Assembly (NCBI GenBank): GCA_016184345.1
Contig: JACPCV010000003.1
Span: 110,094-174,093, forward strand
Direction: 5' to 3'
DNA length: 64,000 nucleotides
From: Candidatus Woesearchaeota archaeon
Lineage (GTDB): Archaea; Nanobdellota; Nanobdellia; Woesearchaeales; UBA10216
A program made the position numbers and the translations under genes. Every line of letters begins with the position of its first letter. Position 1 is the first letter of the stretch. Of the stretch, positions 9,883 through 18,506 are shown in pieces. The notes under the pieces are model-generated. The model was given only the letters and a program-made list of their open reading frames with translations. It did not search any database and was not told where the DNA came from.

Positions 9883-12102
9883 TTATGGTACAGTTTTGTT
9901 GGCGTAGCTGTTGCTGTTCCCGTTTACCTTTATTATGTTCCTGCATTTCGGGAACTTGTTGCAGCCGAGGAAGCCTCCGTAGATGCTTCTCCTGAGCACC
10001 ATTTTTCCTTCGCCGCATTTTTTGCATGTGCTGTTTTCGTTCTCGCTTATCAGCTTCCTTGCATCCGGTGAAACCTTGCTTGGGCAGTCAGGGTTTATGC
10101 ATACCTCCTGCGGCCTTTTTGCTGACTTTATCACCGTGACCATTGGGTGCTTGCACGTCTCGCACACTTTGTCAAGCGCCTTCACAAGGCCGGTAGCGGG
10201 CAGCTTGAATGTTGTCTTGCACTCAGGGTAGGTGCTGCAGGCTATGAACCTGCCGAACTTGCCCCTTTTCATCATCAGTGTGCCTGTGCTGCACGTCGGG
10301 CATTTTCCTATCGTGTTTTCCTTTGTTTCTGACTCCTTTGTGGCCTCAAAGAGCCCCTCCCCTATGTCCTTCTCTTTCTTTTTGAATCCCTCTATTATCT
10401 TTACAAGCACAGTTTTTGCCTCTTCCAGAACATCTCCTCCTTTTTTCTTGTCTTCCTGTATTTCTTCCATTTCGAGCTCAAAGTGCCTTGTCAGCTCTTC
10501 ATCTATTATTTCAGGGCTGTATTTCCCCAATGTTTCGATGATTTTTATTCCCAGGTTTGTAGCTTCAACAGCCCTTCCGCTGACATACCCTCTTTTGAAC
10601 AGGGTATCAACTATCTCGGCCCTTGTTGCCTTTGTGCCAAGGTTTCTCTTCTCAAGCTCTTTTATTATCGAAGCTTCAGTATACCTTGCCGGCGGCTTTG
10701 TTTCCTTCGCAAGGAGTTCAAGCTTCTTTACCGTGACAGTTTCGCCTTTGATGACCTGCGGCAGCTCCATTTCCTTGAATCTTGCATAAAGTCCATAGAA
10801 CTCGTGCCAGCCCCTCACCTTTGTTCTTGTTCCGGCAGCAATGAACATTTCGCCATTTACGTCAATTTTCACAGTCATGGTTTCTCTCGTTGCAGCTTCA
10901 GCAAAAGTGGCCAGGAATCTCCTTACAACCTGGTCATAAATCCTTTGGCCTCTTTTGTCAAGGCTCTTTGGCTTAAGCCCTGTCGGGTATATTGCTGGGT
11001 GCGCAGGGTCTGTCTTTTTGCCGTTGTTTGGCTTCAGCCCGCCCTTTAGCAGCCTTTTCGCCAGTTCAGCATACTCCTGCTGCTGTGATATCGCTGTTAA
11101 AATCTTCGCATACCCTATTGTTGGCGGCAGCTGCTGCGACGATGTCCTTGGGTAAGAAATCAGGCCCGAAGTGTAAAGCTCCTGTGCAATCTCCAAAGTT
11201 GCCTTTGGCGGCGCTCCGAAGCACCTGTACGCCTCTGTTTGCAGCGTTGTCAGGTCAAAAGGGCATGGCGGTGCCTGCTGGAACTCGTCACTCTTGACTT
11301 CTGCAACCGTCCCATTCCTGCCTTTAACCTTTTCGTGAACCTTGTCTGCTTCTTTTTTGTCCCAGAACTTGTCTTTTTCGTGCAGCGCAGTCAGCTCGCC
11401 GTTTTTGGCCTTACCTAGCAATTGCAGCTGCCAGAATGGCTGCGGCTTAAACGCTGTAATTTCCTTCTCCCTTTGCACAATTATCTGGAGCGCAGGGCCC
11501 TGCACCCTTCCTATGCTCAGAATCTTAAACAGGCCTGCTTTCTTGATTGCAGAAGTCAAAGCCCTGCTGAGGTTGATGCCGTAATACCAGTCCAGCTCAT
11601 GCCTTGTCTCTCCTGCATGTGCCAGGCCCCATTCGATATGCGGTGAAATTTTCTCATACGCTTCAACAAGGTCATCCTTTGTCAGCGTTGAGAACTTCAT
11701 CCTCCTGGCGTCTTTCTGCTTGCAGATGAATCTGAGTATGTTAAATCCGATCAATTCTCCTTCAACATCGAGGTCGCACGCAACGACAAAATCCTTGGCG
11801 TCTTTTGATAACTTTTTGAGCATTTCATAATATTTTTTTGAGAAAGCAGCAGACTTTGTCGTTTCAAAAGTGGGCTTCCACTCCACGTCAAATACAGGGA
11901 ACCGCATGCCCCTTTTCTTCTCCTTTTCAGCCAACCCAAAAAGGTGGCCCACCGCGCATCCTACGATAATGTCCTTGTTGCCATGGGTTATCTCATAGTA
12001 TGATACTCCTTTGGCTCCTTTCTTTATTGCTTTCCCGTCGGCAAGGGCTTCAGCTATCCTCTGCGCCGCCTTCGGTTTTTCTGTTATTATAAGTTCTGCC
12101 AT
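9883..12102 (-). CDS. topA: DNA topoisomerase I (type IA)
   Basis: ITEKP, DLDVEGE, GRVQGP and ISYPRT motifs; C-terminal Zn ribbons. Confidence 0.96.
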   Translation of the reverse strand: MAELIITEKPKAAQRIAEALADGKAIKKGAKGVSYYEITHGNKDIIVGCAVGHLFGLAEKEKKRGMRFPVFDVEWKPTFETTKSAAFSKKYYEMLKKLSKDAKDFVVACDLDVEGELIGFNILRFICKQKDARRMKFSTLTKDDLVEAYEKISPHIEWGLAHAGETRHELDWYYGINLSRALTSAIKKAGLFKILSIGRVQGPALQIIVQREKEITAFKPQPFWQLQLLGKAKNGELTALHEKDKFWDKKEADKVHEKVKGRNGTVAEVKSDEFQQAPPCPFDLTTLQTEAYRCFGAPPKATLEIAQELYTSGLISYPRTSSQQLPPTIGYAKILTAISQQQEYAELAKRLLKGGLKPNNGKKTDPAHPAIYPTGLKPKSLDKRGQRIYDQVVRRFLATFAEAATRETMTVKIDVNGEMFIAAGTRTKVRGWHEFYGLYARFKEMELPQVIKGETVTVKKLELLAKETKPPARYTEASIIKELEKRNLGTKATRAEIVDTLFKRGYVSGRAVEATNLGIKIIETLGKYSPEIIDEELTRHFELEMEEIQEDKKKGGDVLEEAKTVLVKIIEGFKKKEKDIGEGLFEATKESETKENTIGKCPTCSTGTLMMKRGKFGRFIACSTYPECKTTFKLPATGLVKALDKVCETCKHPMVTVIKSAKRPQEVCINPDCPSKVSPDARKLISENENSTCKKCGEGKMVLRRSIYGGFLGCNKFPKCRNIIKVNGNSNSYANKTVP

Positions 12103-12157
12103 TTCCTTCCAAAATCAGAGAAATCAGCAATTTCTATAAAAACCTGCCGAAAAGGGC

Positions 12158-13255
12158 CTAGTTGAAAGAAACAAACTTCAATTTGTCAACATTCTGCCTT
12201 GCCTTTTCAAGCTTTGCAGAGAATTCCTCAAGGAACCGTGTCATCTTATCGCAGGCTATCTGCTTTAGCTCACCGCTCGTCATTTTGCCTGACTTGTAAT
12301 CGTCATGTATCTTCTGCAGCTCCTTGTCATCATCAGCAAGGTGCTGCTTGAGCAGCTCAAACACCATGTCCTTCTCTATCACAGCCCCCAGTCGTCTATG
12401 CTCCTCAAGCGTGTCCCTTCCTCCAGTAACCGCGTTTTTTATCTTCTTGCACACGCTTTTGGAGTCCTCTGGCAGCTCTATGCAGCTTTCAGGCTCAGAC
12501 TTTGACATCTTCAATTTCCCATTTAAGGAAGGAGTATACTTGTTGTAGATGCTTGAAGGCGGCACAAAGCCGTATTTTGTTTTTGTCCTTGCCACTATGT
12601 CTCTAGTAAGCCTTATGTGCGGCGATTGGTCTATCCCAACAGGAATGACCCCCGGCCTTCTTTTCTTCAGCTGCGGGTAAAGTATGTCTGCCACTTGAGT
12701 CAGTGCGCTGAACATCTTGCCTGGGTCGTTGCTTCCATAAATGGCTTCAAATTCATTGGCTGTAATCTTTTTGGCGAACTCATATGCCAAATGCATCACT
12801 TCCTTATTCTCTGATTGGAAATAAAATGTCGTCTTTTTTGGGTCCAGGCCTAAGGCAATGTATGCAGGAATATAAAACTCAAGAGCCCTCTTTTTGCCTT
12901 CTTCAAGGGTTACGCCCCTTGCAGCTGCCGCCTCAAGGTCTGCAACGAGCACATAAGTGTCAGCACCATGTTCTTGGAAATACCTTATGTCCTCTATCAC
13001 CATCTTTGTGCCGAAATGTATCTTCTCGGCAGATGGCATTATTCCTGACAGAACATAGTAGTCCTCATTTTTCCTTATGGCATCGGCTATCCTTTTAACA
13101 TCAACTCCAGCAAACACCGCTCCTCTTCTCATCAGCCTGTTGGGGTTAGGAAACAATCCTAGGTAGTGAGAGAAAGGCTCCAACCCAAAATCCTTTATCA
13201 GCTTCGCATAGTCCTCAACGAGGACAGAGCCCCACGGGTCTATGATTTTCGTCAT
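12158..13255 (-). CDS. trpS: Tryptophan--tRNA ligase
   Basis: IDPWG, HFGT, GIDQSPH and KMSKS motifs. Confidence 0.95.
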   Translation of the reverse strand: MTKIIDPWGSVLVEDYAKLIKDFGLEPFSHYLGLFPNPNRLMRRGAVFAGVDVKRIADAIRKNEDYYVLSGIMPSAEKIHFGTKMVIEDIRYFQEHGADTYVLVADLEAAAARGVTLEEGKKRALEFYIPAYIALGLDPKKTTFYFQSENKEVMHLAYEFAKKITANEFEAIYGSNDPGKMFSALTQVADILYPQLKKRRPGVIPVGIDQSPHIRLTRDIVARTKTKYGFVPPSSIYNKYTPSLNGKLKMSKSEPESCIELPEDSKSVCKKIKNAVTGGRDTLEEHRRLGAVIEKDMVFELLKQHLADDDKELQKIHDDYKSGKMTSGELKQIACDKMTRFLEEFSAKLEKARQNVDKLKFVSFN

Positions 13256-13995
13256 ACTCTCGCCTCCGTTCTGTTGCTATTTAAATATTGTGGGTTCATA
13301 CAATGGTTCATACGATTCCTGTATTCAATGATGATGGCATGCACAAGAACATCGATAGTGTTGAGGGAAGGGAGTCTGCACTTTTCCAGCATGACCGCCA
13401 GTTCAGTGCAGCCAAGGACAATAAGCTGCGCCCCCTCATCATAGCACCTTTCCGCAAGGCGTTCGCATGTAAGCCGCTGCTTGCTTTTCTCATTCCCGAT
13501 GTTGAAATTTATTATCGCGTTGTTCAGGGCTTTTATGTCTGCTGTTTCCAGCCTAATTGTCATTAAGTCATTGAACTCGTAGAGCCGCTGCGTGATGGTA
13601 TTCTCCGTGGCCAGCACAGCTATGCGCGAGACTTTTCTCTTCTTCAGCTCGTTGTAAACTGCTTCCCGCAGGTCCAGTATCCTTGTCTTAACGCCGCGCT
13701 GCAGCCGGGGAAGGAAGAGGTGCACAGTATTGCACACCATAACAATAAAGTCAACTCCAAAAGAGTCCAGCTCTTTCAGCCCCCTTTCATAGTGCTTGAT
13801 GGCTCTGTGGTTGTTGCTTATAAGTTCGGGTGCCGGCACGCTGTTTATGATTATCTGCGGAAAGTCAGTATTGCTCTTTATAAGTCCTGTCGCCTGTAGC
13901 TTTTCTATCAGCTTGCTGTAGAAAACAGCTGTTGATTCCGGTCCTATTCCTCCGAGGACTCCAATGCGAAGGGTGCTATTGCCACCGGAAATCAC
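13252..13995 (-). CDS. Aspartate/glutamate racemase family protein
   Basis: IGVLGGIGPEST; catalytic Cys in MVCNT and LGCTE. Confidence 0.9.
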   Translation of the reverse strand: MISGGNSTLRIGVLGGIGPESTAVFYSKLIEKLQATGLIKSNTDFPQIIINSVPAPELISNNHRAIKHYERGLKELDSFGVDFIVMVCNTVHLFLPRLQRGVKTRILDLREAVYNELKKRKVSRIAVLATENTITQRLYEFNDLMTIRLETADIKALNNAIINFNIGNEKSKQRLTCERLAERCYDEGAQLIVLGCTELAVMLEKCRLPSLNTIDVLVHAIIIEYRNRMNHCMNPQYLNSNRTEARV

Positions 13996-14030
13996 CCCTG
14001 CGTAATTTTAGCGGTGCGTCTAAGAAAAAG

Positions 14031-14066
14031 CTACTGCTCCCAAAGGCAATCACTTCGCTTTGCCAT
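14031..14066 (-). CDS. Putative 11-aa leader peptide MAKRSDCLWEQ
   Basis: ATG to TAG micro-ORF just downstream of a TATA-like element and just upstream of the racemase gene. Confidence 0.4.
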   Translation of the reverse strand: MAKRSDCLWEQ

Positions 14067-14124
14067 GAGAACCAGATTTATGAGGCGGTTTATTAAGTTT
14101 GTGCCTATATCGTATAGAACAAAA

Positions 14125-15066
14125 TCACTTCCTCGTAACTATAGCCTTCCTCACAGCAGCCGCTATCGCTTCCGCATCCAACCCGTACTTCCTGAACAGC
14201 ACCTTCTGTGAATCAGACTCGGCAAATCTGTCTTTTACTCCTACCATTTCAAATTTGACGCAGAGCTTCTCTTCCGCAATGACTTCTGCCACAGCGCTTC
14301 CTAAGCCGCCATTGATGTTGTGGTCTTCAGCAGTTATTATCGTTCCTGTCTTTGCAGCGGCGATTATCGCTTCTCTATCTATTGGCTTTATCGTTGCCAT
14401 GTTGACAACTCTTGTGTTAATCCCATCTTTCTTCAGCAGCTCAGCAGATGTCATTGACTCCTGCACCATTATTCCTGAAGCAATTATGGCTGCATCGTTC
14501 CCTTCAGCCACCACAGAAGCCTTGCCAATCTCAAACCTGTAGCTGTCGTCGTAAATTGTCTTCACATTGCCCCTTCCCAGCCTGACGTAGGCCGGGCCTT
14601 TCATTTTGGCAATCTCAAGGATGGCCTTTTCAGCTTCCACAGCATCGGCAGGGCAAAGAACAATAAACCCAGGCACTGCCCTCATGTAGGCAACATCGCC
14701 TATTGCCTGTGCTGTGGGCCCGTCCTCGCCAATCGCAACACCGGCGTGTGTTCCAATTATCTTGACGTTGCTGTTTGAGTATGCTACTGAAACGAAAATC
14801 TGGTCCATCCCTCTTCCCAGCAGGAAGGATATGAAGCTGGTTGCAAATGCAGTCTTGCCGCACTTTGCCATCCCGGCAGCCGTGCATATCATGTCTCCCT
14901 CGCTTATTCCCATGTTGAAGAACCGTTCAGGCCACTTCTCTGCAAACTTGTTCGTCCTTGTTGAGTCTGACACTCCGGCATCCAGCACAACAACGTTGGA
15001 GTCGCTGCCGCCCAGCTTAATCAAGGCATTTCCGTAGCCGTCCCTTGTTGCAGCCTCCCCGCTCAT
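14125..15066 (-). CDS. Transketolase, C-terminal subunit
   Basis: RFFNMGISE, GEDGPT and EDH..GGLGS motifs. Confidence 0.92.
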   Translation of the reverse strand: MSGEAATRDGYGNALIKLGGSDSNVVVLDAGVSDSTRTNKFAEKWPERFFNMGISEGDMICTAAGMAKCGKTAFATSFISFLLGRGMDQIFVSVAYSNSNVKIIGTHAGVAIGEDGPTAQAIGDVAYMRAVPGFIVLCPADAVEAEKAILEIAKMKGPAYVRLGRGNVKTIYDDSYRFEIGKASVVAEGNDAAIIASGIMVQESMTSAELLKKDGINTRVVNMATIKPIDREAIIAAAKTGTIITAEDHNINGGLGSAVAEVIAEEKLCVKFEMVGVKDRFAESDSQKVLFRKYGLDAEAIAAAVRKAIVTRK

Positions 15067-15887
15067 TTTTGTGCCTCCAGTTCGGCAATTGCCTTCTTGA
15101 ACTGTTCATCATTTGGCGCCTTTCCGTGCCACGAATTCTGGTTTTCCATGAATGAAACTCCCTTTCCTTTTACCGTGTCGGCGACTATCACTATAGGTTT
15201 CCCGCTTGTTTTCTTTGCAGCTGCTATGGTGTCAAGTATTGCAGAAATATCGTGCCCGTTTATCCTGTAAACCTGCCAGCCGAACGCTTCAAACTTTTTG
15301 TCAACAGGCTCGACATTCTTCAAATTCGCCGTCATATTGTCCTGCGCCACCCTGTTGTTGTCCACTATCGCAATCAGGTGGTCTGACTTGTACTGTGCCG
15401 CGCTCATCGCAGCTTCCCAGACCTGCCCTTCATTGAGCTCGCCATCTCCAAGCAGCACGTAGACATAGTAATCCCTTTTGTCAAGCCTTCCTGCAAGCGC
15501 CATGCCGTGCCCTACTGAGAGCCCCTGCCCGAGCGAGCCTGTTGCTATCTCAACGCCTGGCAGCTTCGGGTTCGGGTGGCCTGTGAGCCTTCCCAGCCTT
15601 CTGTAAGTAGAGAGCTCTTCTTTTGGGAAGTAGCCAACATCAGCAAATACAGAATACAGCAGTGGTGTGCAGTGTCCCTTGCTCAGTATGAACCTATCCC
15701 TATCTGGCCACTCAGGCCTTTTAGTGTCGTACTTCATGTGGTGGTAGAACAGCACAGCTATTATGTCTGCTGCAGAAAGCGAGCCTCCAGGATGCCCAGA
15801 ACTAGCCTGATAAACGAGCTTTACGCTCTCAATTCGCAGTTGTCTGGCCTTTTCCTTCAGTTTAGAGATTGTTGCCGCATCTGCCAC
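15063..15887 (-). CDS. Transketolase, N-terminal subunit
   Basis: SGHPGGSLS, LSKGH and GDGE..EG TPP motif. Confidence 0.95.
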   Translation of the reverse strand: MADAATISKLKEKARQLRIESVKLVYQASSGHPGGSLSAADIIAVLFYHHMKYDTKRPEWPDRDRFILSKGHCTPLLYSVFADVGYFPKEELSTYRRLGRLTGHPNPKLPGVEIATGSLGQGLSVGHGMALAGRLDKRDYYVYVLLGDGELNEGQVWEAAMSAAQYKSDHLIAIVDNNRVAQDNMTANLKNVEPVDKKFEAFGWQVYRINGHDISAILDTIAAAKKTSGKPIVIVADTVKGKGVSFMENQNSWHGKAPNDEQFKKAIAELEAQK

Positions 15888-15924
15888 AGAACCACCCCGA
15901 TCAGAATAGAAGCAGGTTTAGTGC

Positions 15925-16395
15925 CTAAATATATTGTTTGTGGTTTTCACCAATCAGTTCCCTTAACAGCTTGATTGCGGTTTCCTTGCTGCTCGGGTAT
16001 GCTGCCATCTTTATTTTGACATGGTAGCAGTTGCCGCTGTCTGTTACCAGAAGTTCGTTGTGCTTTGCCAGCATTTCTTTTTCAAACCTTACAAAGAAGT
16101 TTGCATCGCTGTCTACCCTCAAGTCAAGCTGCCGCAGCAGCATCTGCCTGTCAGTTCCGGATATCCTTGGCAGGAGGCTGTCAAGAAAAGCTTTCACATG
16201 CCTCTTTTTTGCCAGTGTGACCTCAAAAATGCTTATTCTCTTGTCGCTGAAACCCAAGGCAGTCTGCTTCTGCACTGTTATTTTTTCCGTCTCAAGGTCA
16301 AAATGGAGCAGTGATTTTAATCCATTCATTACTTCACTCTCATTCTCCTCTTCTCCGCAGAATACCCGTATCGCAGCAGAATGTGCAATCTCCAC
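15925..16395 (-). CDS. Archaeal predicted RNA-binding protein (DUF54-like)
   Basis: IRVFC..EE, FFVRFEK and KMAAYP pattern; start codon estimated. Confidence 0.65.
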   Translation of the reverse strand: MEIAHSAAIRVFCGEEENESEVMNGLKSLLHFDLETEKITVQKQTALGFSDKRISIFEVTLAKKRHVKAFLDSLLPRISGTDRQMLLRQLDLRVDSDANFFVRFEKEMLAKHNELLVTDSGNCYHVKIKMAAYPSSKETAIKLLRELIGENHKQYI

Positions 16396-16446
16396 TTTTC
16401 TTCCGGCAGAATATTTTTTATATAAATCTTTGCAGCAGTGAAAAGC

Positions 16447-17391
16447 ATGAAGCATTCCTGGCAGGTCTCGGCTGTTTTGCTGTGCATTTTCCTTGCAGCC
16501 CAGGTTATTGGCTTGTTTGTTGTTAATTCTTATTTTGATGCTGCAGCTTCCGAGAAAGCCACAACAGAAGCAGGCAAGCCAGTTGTCATCTATCAGGATT
16601 TACCTTATGGTGTTGAGCGGCCAGACATATCGCCCAATATTTCATACCTTCTTATAGCTGCAGCCATAATTATCGGGACAGTCCTGCTGCTGCTCATAAT
16701 AAAATTCAGGAAGCTGTCTCTCTGGAAGCTGTGGTACTCCCTTGCCCTCATCATAACTCTCACGTTTTCCTTTGCCTCTTTCCTTCCAAAAGCTATAGCT
16801 GCAGTAATTTCAATCGCAGTCTCTATCTTCAGGGTTTTCAGGCCAAACGCCCTTGTCCATAATCTTTCTGAATTATTTATCTATGGCGGCCTTGCAGCCA
16901 TGTTTGTCCCGATACTGAATGTCAGGTCAGCAGCAATTTTGCTTGTTCTTATCGCAGTGTACGATTTCTTTGCGGTTTTCCACATGAAGCACATGGTTAC
17001 CCTTGCAAAGTTCCAGGCTTCCAACAGGATTTTCGCAGGCCTGTTTGTTCCCAAGCAGCTCTCCCTGAAATCCGCGGTTTCTCCAATAGCATCTGATGTG
17101 GCACCAACAATGAAAAATTCTCTGATGCAGAAACAACAGGTAAACCACTCAGATTCGGGTGATTACGCTATTGTTGGCGGCGGCGACATAGGCTTTCCCC
17201 TGCTGTTCGCAGGCACGCTGCTCCCGGCCTTTGGCTTTTACAAAACTCTCATAATCCCGGCCTTCGCAGCAGCCGCCCTCCTGCTTCTCCTTCTGATAAG
17301 CAAGAAAGGAAAGTTTTACCCTGCCATGCCTTTCATTGCTGCTGGATGCTTTGTCGGGTATGGGGTTCTGCAGCTTTTCAGAAACCTTTAA
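16447..17391 (+). CDS. Presenilin-like intramembrane aspartyl protease
   Basis: Multi-TM protein with YD, GGGD and PAMP motifs. Confidence 0.9.
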   Translation: MKHSWQVSAVLLCIFLAAQVIGLFVVNSYFDAAASEKATTEAGKPVVIYQDLPYGVERPDISPNISYLLIAAAIIIGTVLLLLIIKFRKLSLWKLWYSLALIITLTFSFASFLPKAIAAVISIAVSIFRVFRPNALVHNLSELFIYGGLAAMFVPILNVRSAAILLVLIAVYDFFAVFHMKHMVTLAKFQASNRIFAGLFVPKQLSLKSAVSPIASDVAPTMKNSLMQKQQVNHSDSGDYAIVGGGDIGFPLLFAGTLLPAFGFYKTLIIPAFAAAALLLLLLISKKGKFYPAMPFIAAGCFVGYGVLQLFRNL

Positions 17392-17415
17392 AACCCCTTG
17401 TTCATTTCCATCGTC

Positions 17416-17688
17416 GGGAGACTAGGTCGGCGCGCCAGCCCTGCGCTGTTGCACCATACGGGCTTCATGGGTGGACCGAAGCCTGGGGAGCGGTCTGGTA
17501 TTGGCCTGGAGGCCTTGGCTAAAGTGTTGAGTCTCTGTCCCACAGGGTTAGCATTTATGGTTAACGTGTCAGGTCCGGAAGGAAGCAGCACGAATCGTAA
17601 GTGTTTGCGCTTGCGGGGTAGCGGAGAGGAGCGATGGCTGAGCAAACTGAGAGGTTCAAGCCTTATCCATTTTCAGGCGCGTCTCCCA
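17416..17688 (+). ncRNA. ffs: Signal recognition particle (7S) RNA
   Basis: Helix-8 signature TCAGGTCCGGAAGGAAGCAGC; terminal helix GGGAGAC/GTCTCCC; GC-rich intergenic region with an upstream TATA. Confidence 0.93.
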
Positions 17689-17701
17689 CTTATTCCTTTC
17701 T

Positions 17702-18493
17702 TCAGAAAGAAATCAGATTTAACGGCTGCCTTGCCACCCTTACAACCAGCCTGTCCCCGTTTTTGAACCCAAACTCCTTCTTGTACGAGTCTATGACGAC
17801 AACGCCCTCATGGCTTTCCCATATTTTGGAGATTAGTGTTATGCTTTGGCTGCTGCCGAGCACTCCTTTTGTCATTTTGGGCTTTGTGAGCCTTCCAACA
17901 TAAGGCTCTCTTACCACATATTCGATTTTTTTTGCTGTAAGCGGCAATCCTGCTCCGCCTGCGCTTCTTACCCATGCGTGGCTTCCTGCAGGGGTTGCTA
18001 TTAAGATGCCTGAGCTTTTTTGCTCTTCCTTCCTTTTGCCAATTATCAGCGTGTACCTTGAGACATGGTAAGCTTCCCGGCTCCCAGCGTATATTTCATT
18101 GAGTGCTTTGAAAGGCAGCTTCTTTCCATTGAGCGCAGCTTCCAGGCGCAATAGCCTTGTTATTTTATACCTCCCTGCAGCCAGAAGCCGTATCTTCATA
18201 TCAGCGTCTTTGCTTGTGGCCCTTGCAAAGAATGCCTCGTTTTTGTCGGTGCTTGAGCTGATGTGCAAGACAGGAGTATGTTCTATGAAGTGTGATGCCT
18301 TGAGTAGCGTCCCATCGCCTCCCACCACAATTACCGCATCGGTTTTGGCAACGCCTTTTCTTATTGCAGCATCCTTTTCCCTCTTTACATAAGAAGCAGC
18401 TATTTTGTTTTTGCGCAAAGCCAGTTTTACAGCCGTCAGTGTACCATAGTTTCTTGCATAATACACGACCACTGCTTTTCCTATCTTCTTCAT
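17702..18493 (-). CDS. nadK: NAD(+) kinase
   Basis: GGDGT, LNE and ATPAGS motifs. Confidence 0.92.
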   Translation of the reverse strand: MKKIGKAVVVYYARNYGTLTAVKLALRKNKIAASYVKREKDAAIRKGVAKTDAVIVVGGDGTLLKASHFIEHTPVLHISSSTDKNEAFFARATSKDADMKIRLLAAGRYKITRLLRLEAALNGKKLPFKALNEIYAGSREAYHVSRYTLIIGKRKEEQKSSGILIATPAGSHAWVRSAGGAGLPLTAKKIEYVVREPYVGRLTKPKMTKGVLGSSQSITLISKIWESHEGVVVIDSYKKEFGFKNGDRLVVRVARQPLNLISF

Positions 18494-18506
18494 TTTGCTT
18501 TGTTAT

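Noticed and set aside
17388-17766. ORFs of 85-122 aa on both strands
   Set aside because: They overlap the SRP RNA and are spurious.
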